Positions 61,077-64,000 of a stretch of DNA of 64,000 bases are shown here, in pieces. Below the pieces are notes generated by a model. It did not search any database. It saw only the letters and a list, made by a program, of their open reading frames with translations, and was not told the DNA's origin. A program made the translations under genes and the position numbers. Source of the DNA: Oikopleura dioica (Eukaryota; Animalia; Chordata). Within the stretch, counting starts at the first letter, position 1; every line of letters starts with the position of its first letter. Location of the stretch: NCBI GenBank assembly GCA_907165135.1, contig OU015569.1:9079889-9143888 (forward strand), given 5' to 3'.

Positions 61077-61912
61077 ATTTATTCATCATCGGGATCATCA
61101 CGGATAATTGGCGTCCCGTCAATTTTTTTGAGGCTGAATAACAATTTGAAAATTCAAATAAAATTCAAACGCAGCTTCTACCTTTGTACTTTTTCCGAAG
61201 CCATGTCGATCCAGTTGCCTTCTTGTGTGTGTTTTTCTTCCAGTGGATTTCCATTGAAAACGAGTTCTTCTAACTTCTTTAGATCGGCCAGCTTATTAAA
61301 CTCTCCCCAGTCCTGAATATTTCTTTACTCGGGATTGCCTTCGCCCTAACACCCTACCTTCACATTATTGTTTGCCATGACAAGTACTTTCAGCTCTTTG
61401 AGAACGTGAATGCCCTTCATCTTTTCGATGTTGTTGTGAGAAATCCAGAGTTGTTCTTAACGAACTCTTCATTCAAATTACCCCAAAACTTGTTAGGTTT
61501 CAGCAACCCCCGCGAAAATTTGAGCAACTTACCTTGAAAACTGTCAGAGCTAAATCAGAACCCCTAGTACTTGTATTCTTTCCTTTAATTCTCACCTAAT
61601 GTCTGGCCTATTGAATCGAGTCCGTTCAAATTCTTGATATTATTTCGCGCGAGACAGAGGATTTTCAGATTGGTTAATCCATTCAAATTCGCAAATTTTT
61701 CAATTGTATTCGAAGAAAGCGACAGCTTCACGCATGCTTTGAGATTTGTTAGACTCGCATCCATTTTTTCGATTGGTGGCATTTGTGCGGATAGGATGAT
61801 TTCTTCACTTTCACTCGCCTAAACGCTTTAAAATAATTCATTTATTCAGCATACCTTTTTCTCATTTTCCTTTTCCCAAGAAGCTAGAGCGTCTTTAATA
61901 GACGTTCCTTTG
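61077..61912 (-). CDS. DNAL1: Axonemal dynein light chain 1 (LRR protein), multi-exon
   Basis: '[21 protein letters not shown]|gtatg'. Then '[74 protein letters not shown]', then '..[38 protein letters not shown]', then '[17 protein letters not shown]'. Aligns closely to DNAL1 ('[62 protein letters not shown]'). Confidence 0.8.
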
Positions 61913-62065
61913 CTCATTTTCGATTATCTGTAAAATTTATTCGCCAAGCAAAAAAATACGGAGAGCGAGCCTCGAGCGTTGCTGGGCACACATAACAACG
62001 CGCGGGACTACTCATTGTAGCCACTTTCCGAATTAAACAAAATGAAAACGATTTTTTAAGATAAT

Positions 62066-63584
62066 GACGATGGGATGGGTCGCAGTGGCTCTAAACTATG
62101 TCGAAATCGTATGGGTCATCGCATCCGTCGCTCTTGTGCAGATTTTATATGCCGCCACTGCAAGGACTTTCGCTACTCTCCCTAAATTCGTAAGCAAAGG
62201 AGAATCTTCTTACATTTGTTTATCTCATCATCTAGGCCCATGAATTTGTTACTCTCGTTTTGCCATTGCTTTTTGCTATGACTTCGTTATCCGGATCCAG
62301 TTCTATTTTATTCTATGCTTCAATCGCCATTATTTCAGTTCTTCTCTATAAGATTCTTCCATCGCCTTCTGGTAAACAATCACCATCAGTATTCTTTTAT
62401 AAAGGAGAAACTAGGTCAATCGACAGATGCGAACATCGTCACCACATTCCGAGTGTATATCCTTCTTTTCACAATCGTGGCGATTCTTGCCGTTGACTTC
62501 AACATTTTCCCTCGCCACTACATGAAAACGCACAAGTTCGGCGCCTCGGTTATGGACATTGGTGTTGGCGCTTTTGTGGCGGCGAATGCGTTTGCTTCCT
62601 CGGATGCAAAGTACAAGAATCTCTTTCTATCTCTCCCGAAGCTCTTAAAGAAAGTATTTCCACTGCTTGTAGTTGGCTTTATCCGCTGGGCATCAACTGC
62701 AGCAACGGGCTATCACGTGGATCCAACTGAGTACGGAATTCATTGGAATTTCTTCATGTCTTTGGCGATTGTCCATACTGCAAGTATCGTCCTTATCAGG
62801 AGCTTTCCGCGCATACGCCCGGGTCTCCTTGCTTTCATCATTATCGGTAAATTTTAACCATTTAATCTGCCCAGTAAAAAGGAGTTAAGTTTCATACGAA
62901 GTTATTCTCCGGAAGTTTGATCTTTATGCCCTTGTCTTCGGCCCTGACCGCAGTACATTCTTCCTCAAAAACAAGGAAGGCATTTTAGGATCAATTGGTC
63001 TCACAGCGCTCTACTTGCTCTATGTCGAGCTTGGTCGGAGTCTTTTACCGCGGATCAAGATGAATGAACGCATTCTACTTCAAATCACGGGACTGGCAGT
63101 GCTATTCTGGTCGCTCGTTTTCTTGCTGCATATGTTTGAGATCGAGCCTTCGAGACGACTTTCAAACCTCGGCTATGTAGTTTGGATAGCAGCGATGGCG
63201 ATGTCGTTCCTCTTTTTCTGCACCGTCGGCGATATTGCTCGAGTCAGAATGCGACTGAGACAGCCAAAGCTTATCAACGACTTTAATCGCACAATGCTTC
63301 CAGGTAACGGATAAGAAAGCCCAGCAACTAATGTGCATTTCCAAGTGTCTAAAATGTAATGAACCTTGCCTGAGGAATTCTTTTAAGTGTTTCTACTTGC
63401 GAACATTTTCACCGGAATGGTCAACTTTTCCATGAACACGCGGCAACAGACTTCCTTTACCGCACACGTGGTGCTCATCGTTTATCTTCTGTTCGTTTCC
63501 GCCGTGGCCTGGGGGATCTGTCGCAACGAAAAAGTAAGGTCCCTTCTTACCGGACACACACTCACCAAGCCCAAAAGCCAATAA
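62066..63584 (+). CDS. PIGW: GPI-anchor inositol acyltransferase PIG-W/GWT1, multi-exon
   Basis: 'MTMGWVAVALNYVEIVWVIASVALVQILYAATARTFATLPKF|gtaagc'. ORF 62315-62857 'VDFNIFPRHYMKTHKFGASVMDIGVGAFVAANAF...EYGIHWNFFMSLAIV'. ORF 63015-63314 'RRLSNLGYVVWIAAMAMSFLFF'. ORF 63387-63584 'FLLANIFTGMVNFSMNTRQQ'. Matches GWT1 family motifs. Confidence 0.75.
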
Positions 63585-64000
63585 TGTGTATCTTTTGTAT
63601 GTATCGAGAAGAAAATAAATTTCAACGTCTTCGTTGTAGATTCTACGCTTTGTTCGCAGCCTCTTCGGATCGCCGCATTCATCCGCAAAAGCAGCCGACT
63701 CAGCCCTCCCCGCATTGCCCCTTCAGTTCCAAAAGCAATAGCGTCAGATTCAGCAAACACCGATTACTCTCAAGTCAGCCTCGATCACTTCAAAGTCTTA
63801 GTATCCAACTTTTCAATATTCCAGCGCCTTATATATCTTTCTGTACATTAAATCTTAGCTTCTATATTTCCTTATGCCTTCAGCTCTTCAGTTCCACAAT
63901 AAATCTTCAGTTTTGAACACAGTTGAGAGGAAAACAGGTAAAAACAACTTGTTTTTATTCGACTATCAATTTTCTCATTTCAATCGAAGGATCATCGAAG

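Noticed and set aside
1-64000. Prokaryotic-style features (operons, CRISPR arrays, RBS, rho-independent terminators)
   Set aside because: The window is clearly eukaryotic. There are split genes with GT..AG introns and metazoan-only protein families. No repeat-spacer architecture is present.
1-64000. tRNA, rRNA (including 5S) and U-snRNA genes
   Set aside because: I scanned for the T-loop consensus (GGTTCGAnTCC), the 5S internal promoter region and the U1/U2/U6 5' sequences and found no match. The scan was by eye, so a divergent tRNA could be missed.

Overview
This window is eukaryotic (metazoan) nuclear DNA, not prokaryotic. Protein-coding genes sit on both strands and are split by very short GT..AG introns of about 30-100 bp, mostly with gtaag/gtatg donors. 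Intergenic spacers are small, and the encoded proteins are typical of animals (kringle, EGF and TIL domains, a class-A GPCR, a PTP, an axonemal dynein light chain, an XK-related protein, and possibly a ZP domain). Genes recognised with good support: fibrillarin (-), GCN5/KAT2 acetyltransferase (+), prefoldin-5 (+), an XK-related protein (+), PIG-W/GWT1 (+), axonemal dynein light chain DNAL1 (-), a mitochondrial SLC25 carrier (+), a PTP-domain protein (+), a 7-domain TIL-array protein (-), an RNF4-like RING protein (-), a SENP/Ulp1-like C48 protease (-), a rhodopsin-like GPCR (-), a crotonase-family gene (+) and a partial kringle/EGF protein (-) at the window start. Several other multi-exon ORF clusters of unknown function are also present. 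I found no rRNA, tRNA or snRNA by eye. The main unexplained structure is an ~4.5-kb DNA transposon at 26486-30968 that appears intact. It has ~330-450-bp terminal inverted repeats flanked by a 3-bp direct repeat (CAC) and carries one multi-exon gene on the minus strand, with zinc fingers and a Tnp2/CACTA-like 'DGxFP' motif. It is saturated with about 20 copies of a perfect 16-bp palindrome, GCGCAAAATTTTGCGC. Three of those copies lie inside the coding sequence, where they encode an acidic 'DEDAQNFAQREPEDE' repeat. Other notable structures: two foldback/MITE-like elements (17.1-17.7 kb; 19.7-20.1 kb, the latter with an (AAGATGGG)n minisatellite in both arms); a GC-rich inverted-repeat element upstream of KAT2; a catalytically degenerate PTP domain; a GCN5 homolog that ends before any bromodomain; and an uncharacterised tandemly duplicated cysteine module next to the TIL array. 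All coordinates for multi-exon genes are approximate spans. Exon boundaries were inferred by eye and not computed.
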